DNA of 20,197 nucleotides from Candidatus Eiseniibacteriota bacterium (lineage in GTDB: Bacteria > Eisenbacteria > RBG-16-71-46), in the NCBI GenBank assembly GCA_041483195.1, contig JBGPFC010000053.1:1-20197 (forward strand). The letters run 5' to 3'. This document shows, piece after piece, positions 1-8,364 of the stretch. The position numbers and the translations under genes are program-made. Under the pieces are notes generated by a model. That model saw nothing but the letters and a program-made list of their open reading frames with translations. It was not told the origin of the DNA and searched no databases. Each line of letters starts with the position of its first letter. The first letter of the stretch is position 1.

Positions 1-140
1 AGGCGATGGACGCGCTGCGCAAGTCGTGGGAGGCGGGATTCCGCGACCCGACCTGGGCGCGCCGCGATCCCGACCTCGCCCTGCTGCACGGCGATCCCGA
101 ATTCGAGAGGCTCTACCCGGGGGCCGCGACCGACAACTAG
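1..140 (+). CDS. 3' end of a partial CDS; TPR end-of-group-type C-terminus (often seen on TPR-containing Ser/Thr kinases and adenylate cyclases)
   Basis: Hand translation from position 3 gives AMDALRKSWEAGFRDPTWARRDPDLALLHGDPEFERLYPGAATDN, with TAG at 138-140. The GF.D..W...DPDL..L..DP.F..L pattern is typical of the capping end of TPR arrays. Not in the ORF track. Confidence 0.75.
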   Translation, partial: AMDALRKSWEAGFRDPTWARRDPDLALLHGDPEFERLYPGAATDN

Positions 141-164
141 GCAGCGCGGGCGATGTGCCGTGCA

Positions 165-181
165 CCGGCACACCGCTTGCG
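165..181 (+). promoter_or_regulatory. Putative sigma-54 (-24/-12) promoter
   Basis: CCGGCACACCGCTTGCG: GG at 167-168, 10 nt spacer, GC at 179-180. Close match to TGGCAC-N5-TTGC, intergenic, about 46 nt before ATG 227. Confidence 0.7.
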
Positions 182-226
182 GTGATTCCTGCGCCCCGCA
201 TGTCCCGCCCCCTGCGAGGACGGTCC

Positions 227-1861
227 ATGTACGCGGGATGCATCGCGATCGCGCTCGTGGTCTGCGCGCCGGCCGACCGGCCGATTGTCGCCGAAGTGTT
301 CTACGACGCCACCGGCGATGACACCGGATACGAGTTCGTCGAGCTGTACAACCCCACCGACGCGCCGTTCGCGCTGGCCGGCCTGCGCATCGAGGCGGGC
401 GACGGGGCCGGGCCCAACCGCTGGACGCTGCGCTGGACCGGCGCCGCGCGCGACACCGTCGCACCACGCGGGCGCTTCGTGATCGGGGGCGCCCGGGTCG
501 ATCCGCCGCCGGGCGCGGTCGTCACGCTCGACCTCCAGAACGGGCCGGACGCGATGCGCCTGGTATGGCCGGACGGCGCCACCGAAGTAGTGGGCTACGG
601 AGCGCAGCAGTTCCCAGAGTACGCATGCGGCGAGAGCGCGCCCGACGTCGGATCGGGCCAGTCGCTCGCGCGCATTCCGGACGACTCGCAACGCGGCAGC
701 AACGCGCTCGATTTTCGGGCCTCCGCGCCGTCGCCCGGCCGGCCCAATCAGGTCGCGCGCGACGCCGTGCTGATCGCGGGATCGCTCTCGCTCGTTCCCG
801 AGCAACCGCGCCCGGGCGAGAGCGTGACGCTCGCGGGGCGCGCGTCGAACTACGGCTCGATCGCGATCGCGAGTGGCGAGATCGCGGTCGCGGGCGAGAC
901 CCACGGGGATTTCGGGGATCAGACGTTGTTCGCGGAGCCGCTCGGCGCGGCCCTCGCGCCCGGCGACACCGCAACCTTCTCGATCGCGATCGGCCACCTG
1001 CCCGATGGCAAGCAGATGCTCCGGGTGCGGCTCGCACTCGCGGGCGACGAGTCGCCGGCGAACGATCTCGATTCGTTGCGCGTGCGCGCCGGCGAGGGAC
1101 CGCTCGCGATCACCGAGATCCAATTCCATCCGGCCGGGGGTGAGGGCGAGTGGATCGAGGTGCGCAATCGAGGCGGGGCTCCGCTCGATCCTGCGCGGTT
1201 CACCCTTTCCGATCGCGGCACGGCGCGCGGCGTTCCGTCGGCGGGGACGGGCGCGCTCGCGCCCGAGAGCCTCGCGGTGTACGCGCAGGACCGCGCGGCG
1301 CTGCTCGCGCGCTTCGCGCATCTCGACTCCGCGCGGGTGTGGCAGGCGAGCCCGTGGTCGAGCCTCAACAACACGAACGATCCCGCCGGGATCGCCGACG
1401 CGGTGGTGTTGCGCGACGCCGACGGCACGCGCTGCGCGCGCGTCGATTACTCCGCCTCCGGCGTGCCGGGCGGCACGCCGCTCGAGTGGCGGGATGGCGC
1501 GTGGCTGCCGTCCTCCGCGCCGGGCGGCACGCCGCTGGCTCCGCCGCTCGCGGCCCCCGCGCCCGCCGGTCACTTCGAGCTGTCGCCCCGCCGGCTGCAG
1601 GCGGGGGCGGGGATCGCGCGGCTCGGCTGGTCGCTGCCCTGGCCGCGCGCGCGCGTCACCATCGAGGTGTACGACTTCGCGGGGCGCCGCATCGCGCGCC
1701 CGGTCGCGGAGAGCACGACCCCCGCGCGGGGCGTGCGCGATTGGCCGGTCGCCGGTCTCGTGCCCGGGCTCTATCTCGTCGCGCTGCGGGCCCGCGACGA
1801 GGACGGCCCCGGCGCTCTCACCGAGACGCGCGCGCTGCGCGTGGTGGGAGCGGCGCCATGA
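227..1861 (+). CDS. Secreted lamin-tail-domain protein (2x LTD, central CARDB/Ig-like domain, C-terminal FlgD/T9SS-CTD-like domain)
   Basis: GAGGA (216-220) precedes ATG 227, followed by a hydrophobic N-terminus. LTD motifs: IVAEVFYD...EFVELYN and AITEIQFHP...EWIEVRN. CARDB-like end: DESPANDLDS. C-terminus: VTIEVYDFAGRRI...PGLYLV. About 544 aa. Confidence 0.85.
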   Translation: MYAGCIAIALVVCAPADRPIVAEVFYDATGDDTGYEFVELYNPTDAPFALAGLRIEAGDGAGPNRWTLRWTGAARDTVAPRGRFVIGGARVDPPPGAVVTLDLQNGPDAMRLVWPDGATEVVGYGAQQFPEYACGESAPDVGSGQSLARIPDDSQRGSNALDFRASAPSPGRPNQVARDAVLIAGSLSLVPEQPRPGESVTLAGRASNYGSIAIASGEIAVAGETHGDFGDQTLFAEPLGAALAPGDTATFSIAIGHLPDGKQMLRVRLALAGDESPANDLDSLRVRAGEGPLAITEIQFHPAGGEGEWIEVRNRGGAPLDPARFTLSDRGTARGVPSAGTGALAPESLAVYAQDRAALLARFAHLDSARVWQASPWSSLNNTNDPAGIADAVVLRDADGTRCARVDYSASGVPGGTPLEWRDGAWLPSSAPGGTPLAPPLAAPAPAGHFELSPRRLQAGAGIARLGWSLPWPRARVTIEVYDFAGRRIARPVAESTTPARGVRDWPVAGLVPGLYLVALRARDEDGPGALTETRALRVVGAAP

Positions 1862-2697
1862 TCGCGCCGCGCTTCACCGCATGGGCGCCGCGCGCCGCCG
1901 ATCTCGTGCCGCGCTCCGCGCGCCTCGCGCTGGTCGCGCTCGGCCTCGCCGCGCGCGCGCACGCACAGGATTTTTCGTCGCCCGCGCCGCCGGGCGCGGG
2001 GTTCGGAGCTGCGCCGTTCATCGAGCGCGGCCTGCCGGCGCCCGCCGCCACGCCCGCGCTCGAGGCGCTCGCCGCGAACTGGTACGGCGTCCCGGAGCTC
2101 TCGACGCGCGCGCTTGCGCTCGGAGGCGGATGGCGATCGCTGCGGGCCGCGGCCGGCATCGCGCAAACCGGGGACGGCGAGCTGGGATGGAGCGCGGCGG
2201 GCCTCGCGATCGGCGCGGCGGGTGGCCATGCGGGCGGGGGCCTGCGCGCGATCGCGCGACGGGATCGAGACGAGGCATCCGAGGCCTCGGCGCTCGGCCG
2301 CGGTGCGGGGGCCGAGGCGGGCGGCGGGGCATGGGTGCGGGCGGGCGGCGGAACGACCGTCTACGCCTCGGCGCCGCAGCTCTGGAGGCGCGGGCTCGAT
2401 GTGCCGGTGGGGCGCGGCCTCGAGATCGGTGCGACGTGGATCATGGACGATCTCGCGTTCCGTCTCGACCGCGTCGCGCCGCGCGGCGGCGCGGAGGCGG
2501 CGCAGCACGAGGCCGCGCTCGCGCTCGCCGCCGGCTCGCTGCGCCTGTGGCTCGGGGCGCGCGACCAGCCGCTGCGGGCGTCGCTCGGCCTCGGCGCGCG
2601 GACCGGCCCGATCGCGATCGCGGGCGAGGTCGAGAGTCACCCGGTGCTGGGCGAGACCGTGCGCGTCGCGGTCGCGCTGTCGTCCGCCGCGCCGTGA
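1858..2697 (+). CDS. Hypothetical exported protein, probable small outer-membrane beta-barrel (PorV/FadL-like size)
   Basis: ATG overlaps the upstream stop (ATGA 1858-1861). Signal peptide ends ARAHA|QD. Alternating hydrophobic strands; NWYGVPELS near the N-terminus and HPVLGET near the C-terminus. About 279 aa. Confidence 0.65.
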   Translation: MIAPRFTAWAPRAADLVPRSARLALVALGLAARAHAQDFSSPAPPGAGFGAAPFIERGLPAPAATPALEALAANWYGVPELSTRALALGGGWRSLRAAAGIAQTGDGELGWSAAGLAIGAAGGHAGGGLRAIARRDRDEASEASALGRGAGAEAGGGAWVRAGGGTTVYASAPQLWRRGLDVPVGRGLEIGATWIMDDLAFRLDRVAPRGGAEAAQHEAALALAAGSLRLWLGARDQPLRASLGLGARTGPIAIAGEVESHPVLGETVRVAVALSSAAP

Positions 2698-4166
2698 AAG
2701 GCGCGGGCGTGATCACCCGCGCGACGCCCGCGCGTCCGCGACGCGCCATTCGCCCCGCGCTCGCGGTCATCGCCGCGGCGCTCGTGGTGCTCGCGGCACG
2801 GCACGGCCGCGCGCGCGCCGGAGAAATCGACGTGCCAGACAGCACCGCCCTCGAGCCGCCGCCGGAGTCCGCGGATGGCGAAGACTACGAGATCGAACGC
2901 GCCGACTCGCTCGATGACGGCCGCGTCGAAGTCGGCTACTCCGCCACCGGGTATCGGGGATCCGCGCCGCGTCGCAGCCGCCGAGTGCGATTCAGGGGCG
3001 ATGGTTTCTCGGGCGCCGTGCGCGATGGTGCGGGCGATCCGCTCGCGGGATCCGCGATCGACGCGGACGCGCTCGGCGGGGCGCTCAGGGTGGGACGGCT
3101 CGCGCCGCGCTGGGGCCGCGGCCTCGTGATCGGCGCGCCCGCCGAGCCATGGTCGCGCGCCGCCTCGGACCGCGGCGCGGGCGCGCGCTTCGTGGGCCGC
3201 GCCGGCGACGGCTTCGCGTTCCGGCGCGGCGGTCCGCTCGCGATCGAATCGGTCGCGGGCCGCTTCAGCCGCCGCGACCTCGCCGGCCTGCGCGTGCGAG
3301 CGGGGGTCGCGAGCGCGGGGTTGCTCGCCGCGCACGGCGGCGCAGGGCAGCTGAGCCTCGGCCTCGCTCGGGATGCGAGCGACGGTGAGCTCGCGCTCGA
3401 TCGTGCCGGACGCTGGCGCGCGGAGGCGGGGTCTCAGCGCGCACTCGGGCGCGCGCGGCTCGCGGGCCACGTGCGCGGCGGGCTCACGGGATTCCGCTCG
3501 CTCGCAGAGCCGTTGCGCAGCGGGCCGGCCCAGACCGCGGCGGTCACGCTCGCGGCGCCGGTGGGGGGCGCGCGGATCGTCGCGCTCGGCGCGCTCTGGC
3601 GGCTGGGCCCGGGCGTCGGCGGGGCGCGTGGCGCGCTTGAAGTGAGCCTCGCTTTGGCTCAACATGCCGCACTGGCACTGGGCTTCGAGGAGCAGCACGG
3701 GGTGCGCCGCGTCTCGGCTTCCGGGAGCGCTTCGCCCGCGGGCGGCTTTCGCCAGGGGCTGTGGGGCGAGTGGCACGGCGGTCCGCCGGGAATGTCGCTC
3801 GCGTTGCGGCAGGAGGCGTGGGGCGAGCGCCGGTTCGCGCGCGGCGCGGTCCGCGCCGCCACGGCGGTGCGCCTCGACGTCCAGGGCCCTCTCGGCTCGT
3901 GGTTTTCGGTCGCGCAGACGGCGTATCGGGTGCGGCGCGGCGAGAGCCTCTATCTGGCGGAAGCCGAGAGCGATCGTCTCGTGCTGAGGTCGCTGACCGG
4001 CGCGGGGGAGCGCACCAGAATCGAATGTCGGGCTGCGGCGGGCGGGGGCGCCCTGCGCGCCGCACTCAATCTCTCGACCGCGGCCCTCAACCGGCCGCGC
4101 GCGCAGTGGGTCCTGGACTGGACACGACGCGCCAGAGCCGGCAATGCGGCTCCGCGCGGACCGTGA
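2694..4166 (+). CDS. Hypothetical exported protein, probable large outer-membrane beta-barrel
   Basis: GTG overlaps the upstream stop (GTGA 2694-2697; alternative GTG 2709). Signal peptide ends ARA|GEID, then an acidic linker and many amphipathic strands. Motifs VGRLAPRWGRGLVIG and LYLAEAESD...GAGER; last strand QWVLDW. The upstream part of the 873..4166 ORF is shadow frame. Confidence 0.65.
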   Translation: MKGAGVITRATPARPRRAIRPALAVIAAALVVLAARHGRARAGEIDVPDSTALEPPPESADGEDYEIERADSLDDGRVEVGYSATGYRGSAPRRSRRVRFRGDGFSGAVRDGAGDPLAGSAIDADALGGALRVGRLAPRWGRGLVIGAPAEPWSRAASDRGAGARFVGRAGDGFAFRRGGPLAIESVAGRFSRRDLAGLRVRAGVASAGLLAAHGGAGQLSLGLARDASDGELALDRAGRWRAEAGSQRALGRARLAGHVRGGLTGFRSLAEPLRSGPAQTAAVTLAAPVGGARIVALGALWRLGPGVGGARGALEVSLALAQHAALALGFEEQHGVRRVSASGSASPAGGFRQGLWGEWHGGPPGMSLALRQEAWGERRFARGAVRAATAVRLDVQGPLGSWFSVAQTAYRVRRGESLYLAEAESDRLVLRSLTGAGERTRIECRAAAGGGALRAALNLSTAALNRPRAQWVLDWTRRARAGNAAPRGP

Positions 4167-4185
4167 CGGGGTGAAGGAGGCAGTG

Positions 4186-5355
4186 ATGAAGTTCGCGAAA
4201 CGCATGAGCCGGCTGGGCACCGAGACCGCCTTCGAAGTACTGGCCAGGGCCCGCGCCCTCGAGGCGCAAGGCAAGCAGATCGTTCACCTCGAGATCGGCG
4301 AGCCGGATTTCGACACCCCGCGCTACATCCGCGACGCGGCGGTGCGCGCGCTCGAAGAAGGGTTCACGCACTACGGGCCATCGGCCGGGCTCCCCGAATT
4401 CCGCAAGACCATCGCCGACATCTGGAAGGCCGAGCGCCGCATTCCGTGCGACGCCGACAACGTCGTGGTGACGCCGGGCGCCAAGCCCATCATGTTCTAC
4501 ACCATGCTCGCCCTGCTCGAGGAGGGCGACGAGGTGCTCTACCCCAACCCGGCGTTCCCGATCTACGAGTCGGTCGCGAATTTCCTCAACGCGCGGCCCA
4601 TCCCGCTGGCGTTGCGCGAGAGCCGCGGCTTCGATCTCGACCTGAAGGAGCTGGAGTCGAAGATCACGAGCCGCACCCGGCTGCTGGTGCTGAACTCGCC
4701 GCACAATCCCACCGGCGCCGTGCTCAAGCCCGAAACCGTCGAGGGGATCGCCGCGCTCGCCCGCAAGCACGACTTCCACATCCTGAGCGACGAAATCTAC
4801 GCGCGCATCCAGTACGAGGGACGGCACCTCTCGATCGCGTCGCTCCCCGGCATGGCCGAGCGCACCATCGTGCTCGACGGGTTCTCGAAGACCTACGCGA
4901 TGACCGGCTGGCGGCTGGGCTTCGGCATCATGGACAAGGCGCTCGCGGTGCACGTCGCGCGGCTCATGACCAACTCGAACTCGTGCACCGCCACGTTCAC
5001 GCAGAAGGCCGGGCAGGTGGCGCTCACGGGGCCGCAGGACGAGGTGAAGGCGATGGTGGCCGAGTTCCGGGTGCGCCGCGACGCGATGGTGGCCGGTCTG
5101 AACGAGATCCCGGGAGTCTCATGCTTCAAGCCACAGGGCGCGTTCTACGTGTTCCCGAACATCACCGGCACCGGCATGAAGAGCGCGGAGCTGGCGAAGT
5201 CGCTGCTCGAGGAGGCCGGGGTCGCATGCCTGTCGGGCACGTCGTTCGGCGCGCACGGCGAAGGCTACCTGCGCCTCTCGTACGCCAACTCCCTCGACAA
5301 CATCAAGACCGCGCTTCACAGCATCGGCGAATTCCTGAGCGTGCGCGCGAAGTAG
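4186..5355 (+). CDS. PLP-dependent aminotransferase class I/II (aspartate aminotransferase-like)
   Basis: AAGGAGG (4174-4180) before ATG 4186. Motifs IGEPDF, NSPHNPTG, SDEIY, DGFSKTYAMTGWRLG (PLP lysine), PQGAFY, LRLSYA. Confidence 0.95.
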   Translation: MKFAKRMSRLGTETAFEVLARARALEAQGKQIVHLEIGEPDFDTPRYIRDAAVRALEEGFTHYGPSAGLPEFRKTIADIWKAERRIPCDADNVVVTPGAKPIMFYTMLALLEEGDEVLYPNPAFPIYESVANFLNARPIPLALRESRGFDLDLKELESKITSRTRLLVLNSPHNPTGAVLKPETVEGIAALARKHDFHILSDEIYARIQYEGRHLSIASLPGMAERTIVLDGFSKTYAMTGWRLGFGIMDKALAVHVARLMTNSNSCTATFTQKAGQVALTGPQDEVKAMVAEFRVRRDAMVAGLNEIPGVSCFKPQGAFYVFPNITGTGMKSAELAKSLLEEAGVACLSGTSFGAHGEGYLRLSYANSLDNIKTALHSIGEFLSVRAK

Positions 5356-5379
5356 CGCCCGTCGTCCGTCACCGCCGTT

Positions 5380-5420
5380 GACGCCGGCGCCCGTTGCGTG
5401 GACGGGCGCCGCGTCGTTTT
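5380..5420 (+). terminator. Probable intrinsic terminator after the aminotransferase
   Basis: GACGC-c-GGCGCCCGT-tgcgtgg-ACGGGCGCC-GCGTC hairpin followed by GTTTT, starting 25 nt after the stop codon. Confidence 0.65.
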
Positions 5421-5455
5421 GCGCGCGGCGGGGCGCGCTGGCGGGGTGTTGCGCG

Positions 5456-5472
5456 CTGGCACACGAGGTGCA
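5456..5472 (+). promoter_or_regulatory. Putative sigma-54 (-24/-12) promoter
   Basis: CTGGCACACGAGGTGCA: GG at 5458-5459, 10 nt spacer, GC at 5470-5471. Intergenic, about 100 nt before ATG 5571. Confidence 0.65.
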
Positions 5473-5570
5473 GATCGAGCCGGACGACGCCCCGCCCTCG
5501 CCCGGGTGCGCAACCCGGCTCACCGCCCCCGCACGCCGCATCACATGCCGCCCCCTCAAGGAATCGCATC

Positions 5571-6209
5571 ATGCGCATTGCGCCATTCGTGCTCGCGCTC
5601 ACCGTCGCGCTCGCGCCCCACCTGCCCGCCGCAGCCACCGCCGCCCGCGCCTCCTCCGCGCTCGTGATCAACGAGATCCTCCCCGGTCCCGCGCGGGACT
5701 GGGACGGGAGCGGCGCCTTCTCGTCGCGTGACGACGAGTGGGTCGAAGTGGTGAACGTTGGCGCGGCGCCGCTCGATCTCGCCGGATTCTTTCTCACCGA
5801 CGCCGACAGCATTCCGCGCTTCGCATTCGGCGGCACGCTCGGCGCCGGCGCCCGGCGCGTCGTGTTCGGCAAGGATTCCTGGGACTGGGAGCGTGCGAAC
5901 GGGAAGCCGGCGTTCGGTCTCTCGCTCGCGAACAGCGGCGACGCGGTCCTGCTCTGGCAGATTTCGGGTCCGGAGACGCTGCGGGTCGACAGCTACACGT
6001 TCACGAGCCACGAGGCCGCGGCCGATCGCGCGATCGGGCGGCTCCCGGATGGCGGAGGCTGGGCGCTCTTCGACGGGCTCGATCCCTACACCGGCTCCAC
6101 CCCGCCGCAGGGCAATGGCTGCAATCCCACTCCGAACGCGCCCAACGTGTGCGAGTCAACGCCCACGCGCGCGGTGACGTGGGGACGGGTGAAGACGCTG
6201 TATCGCTGA
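5571..6209 (+). CDS. Secreted single lamin-tail-domain protein with C-terminal TWGRVKTLYR tail
   Basis: AAGGA before ATG 5571; signal peptide. LTD motifs LVINEILP, DEWVEVVN, LDLAGFFLTD, LSLANSGDAVLL, AIGRLPDG, PTPNAPN. About 212 aa. Confidence 0.88.
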   Translation: MRIAPFVLALTVALAPHLPAAATAARASSALVINEILPGPARDWDGSGAFSSRDDEWVEVVNVGAAPLDLAGFFLTDADSIPRFAFGGTLGAGARRVVFGKDSWDWERANGKPAFGLSLANSGDAVLLWQISGPETLRVDSYTFTSHEAAADRAIGRLPDGGGWALFDGLDPYTGSTPPQGNGCNPTPNAPNVCESTPTRAVTWGRVKTLYR

Positions 6210-6345
6210 CGCGATCGACGCTTCTCGGGTGGCGGTCGCCGGCAAAGGCATCTCGCAGCGGAGCGGAGGGTCCGGCGGCCGCGCCCGGCCACGGCGGGCA
6301 TGGGATCGAACGCGAGCGAGGCTCGCGGGCGCCGCCGCCGCCCGG

Positions 6346-6375
6346 TTGACCCCCGCGCGGATCGCGCAGTAGTCT
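6346..6375 (+). promoter_or_regulatory. Putative sigma-70 promoter for the transketolase genes
   Basis: TTGACC (6346-6351), 18 nt spacer, TAGTCT (6370-6375). Confidence 0.55.
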
Positions 6376-6418
6376 TCCGCGGTTCGAGCGGTGGGTTCGC
6401 ATGCTCCCGGAGGAGTAC

Positions 6419-7330
6419 GTGTCCACAGAAGCCGTATCCGCCAGCGATATCGACGCCTGCCATCGCCCCGGCCGCCTGATCTGGCCGGCCGAGCGGCTGG
6501 TCCAGAAGGCCCTCCACATTCGCCGGGACATCCTCACGCTGCTCTCCAAGTCGCAGACCGGGCATTCCGGCGGCCCGCTCTCGTGCGCCGACTTCGGCAC
6601 CGCCCTGTTCTTCCACGAGTTGAATATCGATCCGTCGAATCCAACCTGGCCGGAGCGCGATTTCTGGCACTTCTCGATCGGCCACGTGACGCCGGTCATC
6701 TACTCGCTCATGGCCGAGCGGGGCTACTTCCCGATGCGCGATCTCATGAAGTTCCGCGCGTTCGATGGGCACGCCCAGGGACATCCCTCGCGTCACGACA
6801 CGGCCGGAATCGAAGTGTCGGCGGGCTCGCTGGGGCAGGGGCTGTCGGTGTGCTGCGGCGTCGCGATGGCCTCGCGTCTCGACCAGAATCCGCGCCGCGT
6901 CTACTGCGTGATGGGAGACGGCGAGCAGCAGGAAGGACAGATCTGGGAGGCCGCGATGTTCGCGGCCCACTACAAGCTCGACCACCTGTGCGGGATCATC
7001 GACTACAACCGCAAGCAGATCGACGGCGACGTCGAGGACATCATGGGCATCCGGCCACTGGCCGACAAGTGGCGCAGCTTCAACTGGAACGTAATCGAGT
7101 GCCGTGGGCACGACCTGGTCGACATCCTGCGAGCGTTCGCCGAAGCGCGCGCGTTCCGGGGGCGTCCGAGCGTGATCCTGGCGCACACCGTGATGGGGCA
7201 GGGCGTCTCGTACATGGCCGACGACTATCGCTGGCACGGCAAGCCGCCGAAGCCCGATCAGGCCGAAGCCGCGCTCAAGGAGCTGGGCACGAGCTACGCC
7301 GAGTGGTCGGCGCGGCTGCTGGCCCACTGA
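6419..7330 (+). CDS. tkt: Transketolase, N-terminal (TPP-binding) subunit
   Basis: Motifs GHSGGPLS, RDFWHFSIGH, QGHP, GSLGQGLS, the TPP motif GDGEQQEG...DYN and WHGK. GTG 6419 is preferred because GGAGG lies at 6409-6413; ATG 6401 is the alternative start. Confidence 0.93.
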   Translation: MSTEAVSASDIDACHRPGRLIWPAERLVQKALHIRRDILTLLSKSQTGHSGGPLSCADFGTALFFHELNIDPSNPTWPERDFWHFSIGHVTPVIYSLMAERGYFPMRDLMKFRAFDGHAQGHPSRHDTAGIEVSAGSLGQGLSVCCGVAMASRLDQNPRRVYCVMGDGEQQEGQIWEAAMFAAHYKLDHLCGIIDYNRKQIDGDVEDIMGIRPLADKWRSFNWNVIECRGHDLVDILRAFAEARAFRGRPSVILAHTVMGQGVSYMADDYRWHGKPPKPDQAEAALKELGTSYAEWSARLLAH

Positions 7331-7376
7331 TGCCGGCCGCCCCGGGACGCACGCCGCGCGCCGCGCGAGGAACGCA

Positions 7377-8348
7377 ATGACGATGACGATCACGCTGCCC
7401 GAAAAGGTCGAGATGAAGAAGACCCGCGAGGGCTTCGGCCGCGCGCTGGTGGACCTGGGCGAGCAGGACCCGCGCGTCGTCGTGCTGGTCGGCGACCTCA
7501 CCGAGTCCACCATGGTGAGCTTCTTCGCGGAGCGCTTTCCCGAACGCTTCATCCAGGTCGGGATCGCCGAGCAGAACATGATGTGCGTGTCCGCGGGGCT
7601 GGCCGCGATGGGGAAGATCCCCTTCCTCGCGACCTACGGCGCGTTTGCCTCGTGCCGCGCGGCCGACCAGATGCGCGTCACGGTCGCGTACTCGAACCTC
7701 AACGTGAAGATCGGCGGCGCCCACGGCGGCATCTCGGTGGGCCCCGACGGCGCGACGCACCAGGCGATGGAAGAGATCAGCATCGTCCGCTCGATTCCCA
7801 ACATGAGCATGATCGTGCCGGCCGACTACTGGGAGACCTACAAGGCCACGATCGCGGCGGCCAGGCACGACGGCCCGGTGTACATCCGCTTCGGGCGCGA
7901 GGACGTGCCGGTGGTGACCGCGAAGGACACGCCGTTCACGTTCGGGAAGGGCGAGGTGTTCGCGGAGGGGCGTGACCTCTCGATCATCGCGTGCGGCGTG
8001 ATGGTGTACGAGGCGCTGCGCGCGCGTGAGACGCTCGCCGAGCGCGGCGTCACAGCGCGGGTCGTAGACCTGCACACCGTGAAGCCGCTCGACCGCGCGC
8101 TCATCACGGTGTGCGCCCGCGAGACCGGGGCGATCGTCACCGCCGAGGAGCATCAGGTGAACGGCGGGCTGGGCGGCGCGGTGTCGGAGGCCGTTGTGCA
8201 GTCGTGCCCGGTGCCGATGGAGCTGGTGGCGGTCCACGACCGCTTCGGCCAGTCGGGGAAGCCCGCCGAGCTGATGGACGCGTTCGGGCTGCGCGCGAAG
8301 GACATCGTCGAGGCCGCGGAGCGCGTGCTGAAGCGCAAGCGCGCCTAG
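7377..8348 (+). CDS. tkt: Transketolase, C-terminal (pyrimidine-binding and C-terminal domain) subunit
   Basis: Motifs VGIAEQNM, GPDGATHQ, GPVYIRFGR, TVKPLD, TAEEHQVNGGLG, DRFGQSG. GAGGA before the ATG. Confidence 0.93.
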   Translation: MTMTITLPEKVEMKKTREGFGRALVDLGEQDPRVVVLVGDLTESTMVSFFAERFPERFIQVGIAEQNMMCVSAGLAAMGKIPFLATYGAFASCRAADQMRVTVAYSNLNVKIGGAHGGISVGPDGATHQAMEEISIVRSIPNMSMIVPADYWETYKATIAAARHDGPVYIRFGREDVPVVTAKDTPFTFGKGEVFAEGRDLSIIACGVMVYEALRARETLAERGVTARVVDLHTVKPLDRALITVCARETGAIVTAEEHQVNGGLGGAVSEAVVQSCPVPMELVAVHDRFGQSGKPAELMDAFGLRAKDIVEAAERVLKRKRA

Positions 8349-8364
8349 CCTCGGGGCGAGCGCG

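Noticed and set aside
873..2693. N-terminal about 600 aa of the 1097-aa ORF 873..4166
   Set aside because: Arg/Ala/Pro-rich shadow frame overlapping two better-supported genes; protein-like sequence with a signal peptide begins only at about 2694.
5438..5453. Second sigma-54-like site CTGGCGGGGTGTTGCG
   Set aside because: GG to GC spacing is 9 nt rather than the required 10.
6210..6345. Riboswitch or ncRNA upstream of transketolase
   Set aside because: No TPP (CTGAGA) or c-di-GMP core is recognisable; only short GC hairpins, and the region lies upstream of the predicted promoter.
6419..8348. Transketolase in two ORFs as a possible frameshifted pseudogene
   Set aside because: Each half has its own RBS and intact motifs with a 46-nt spacer; two-subunit transketolases are a well-known form.
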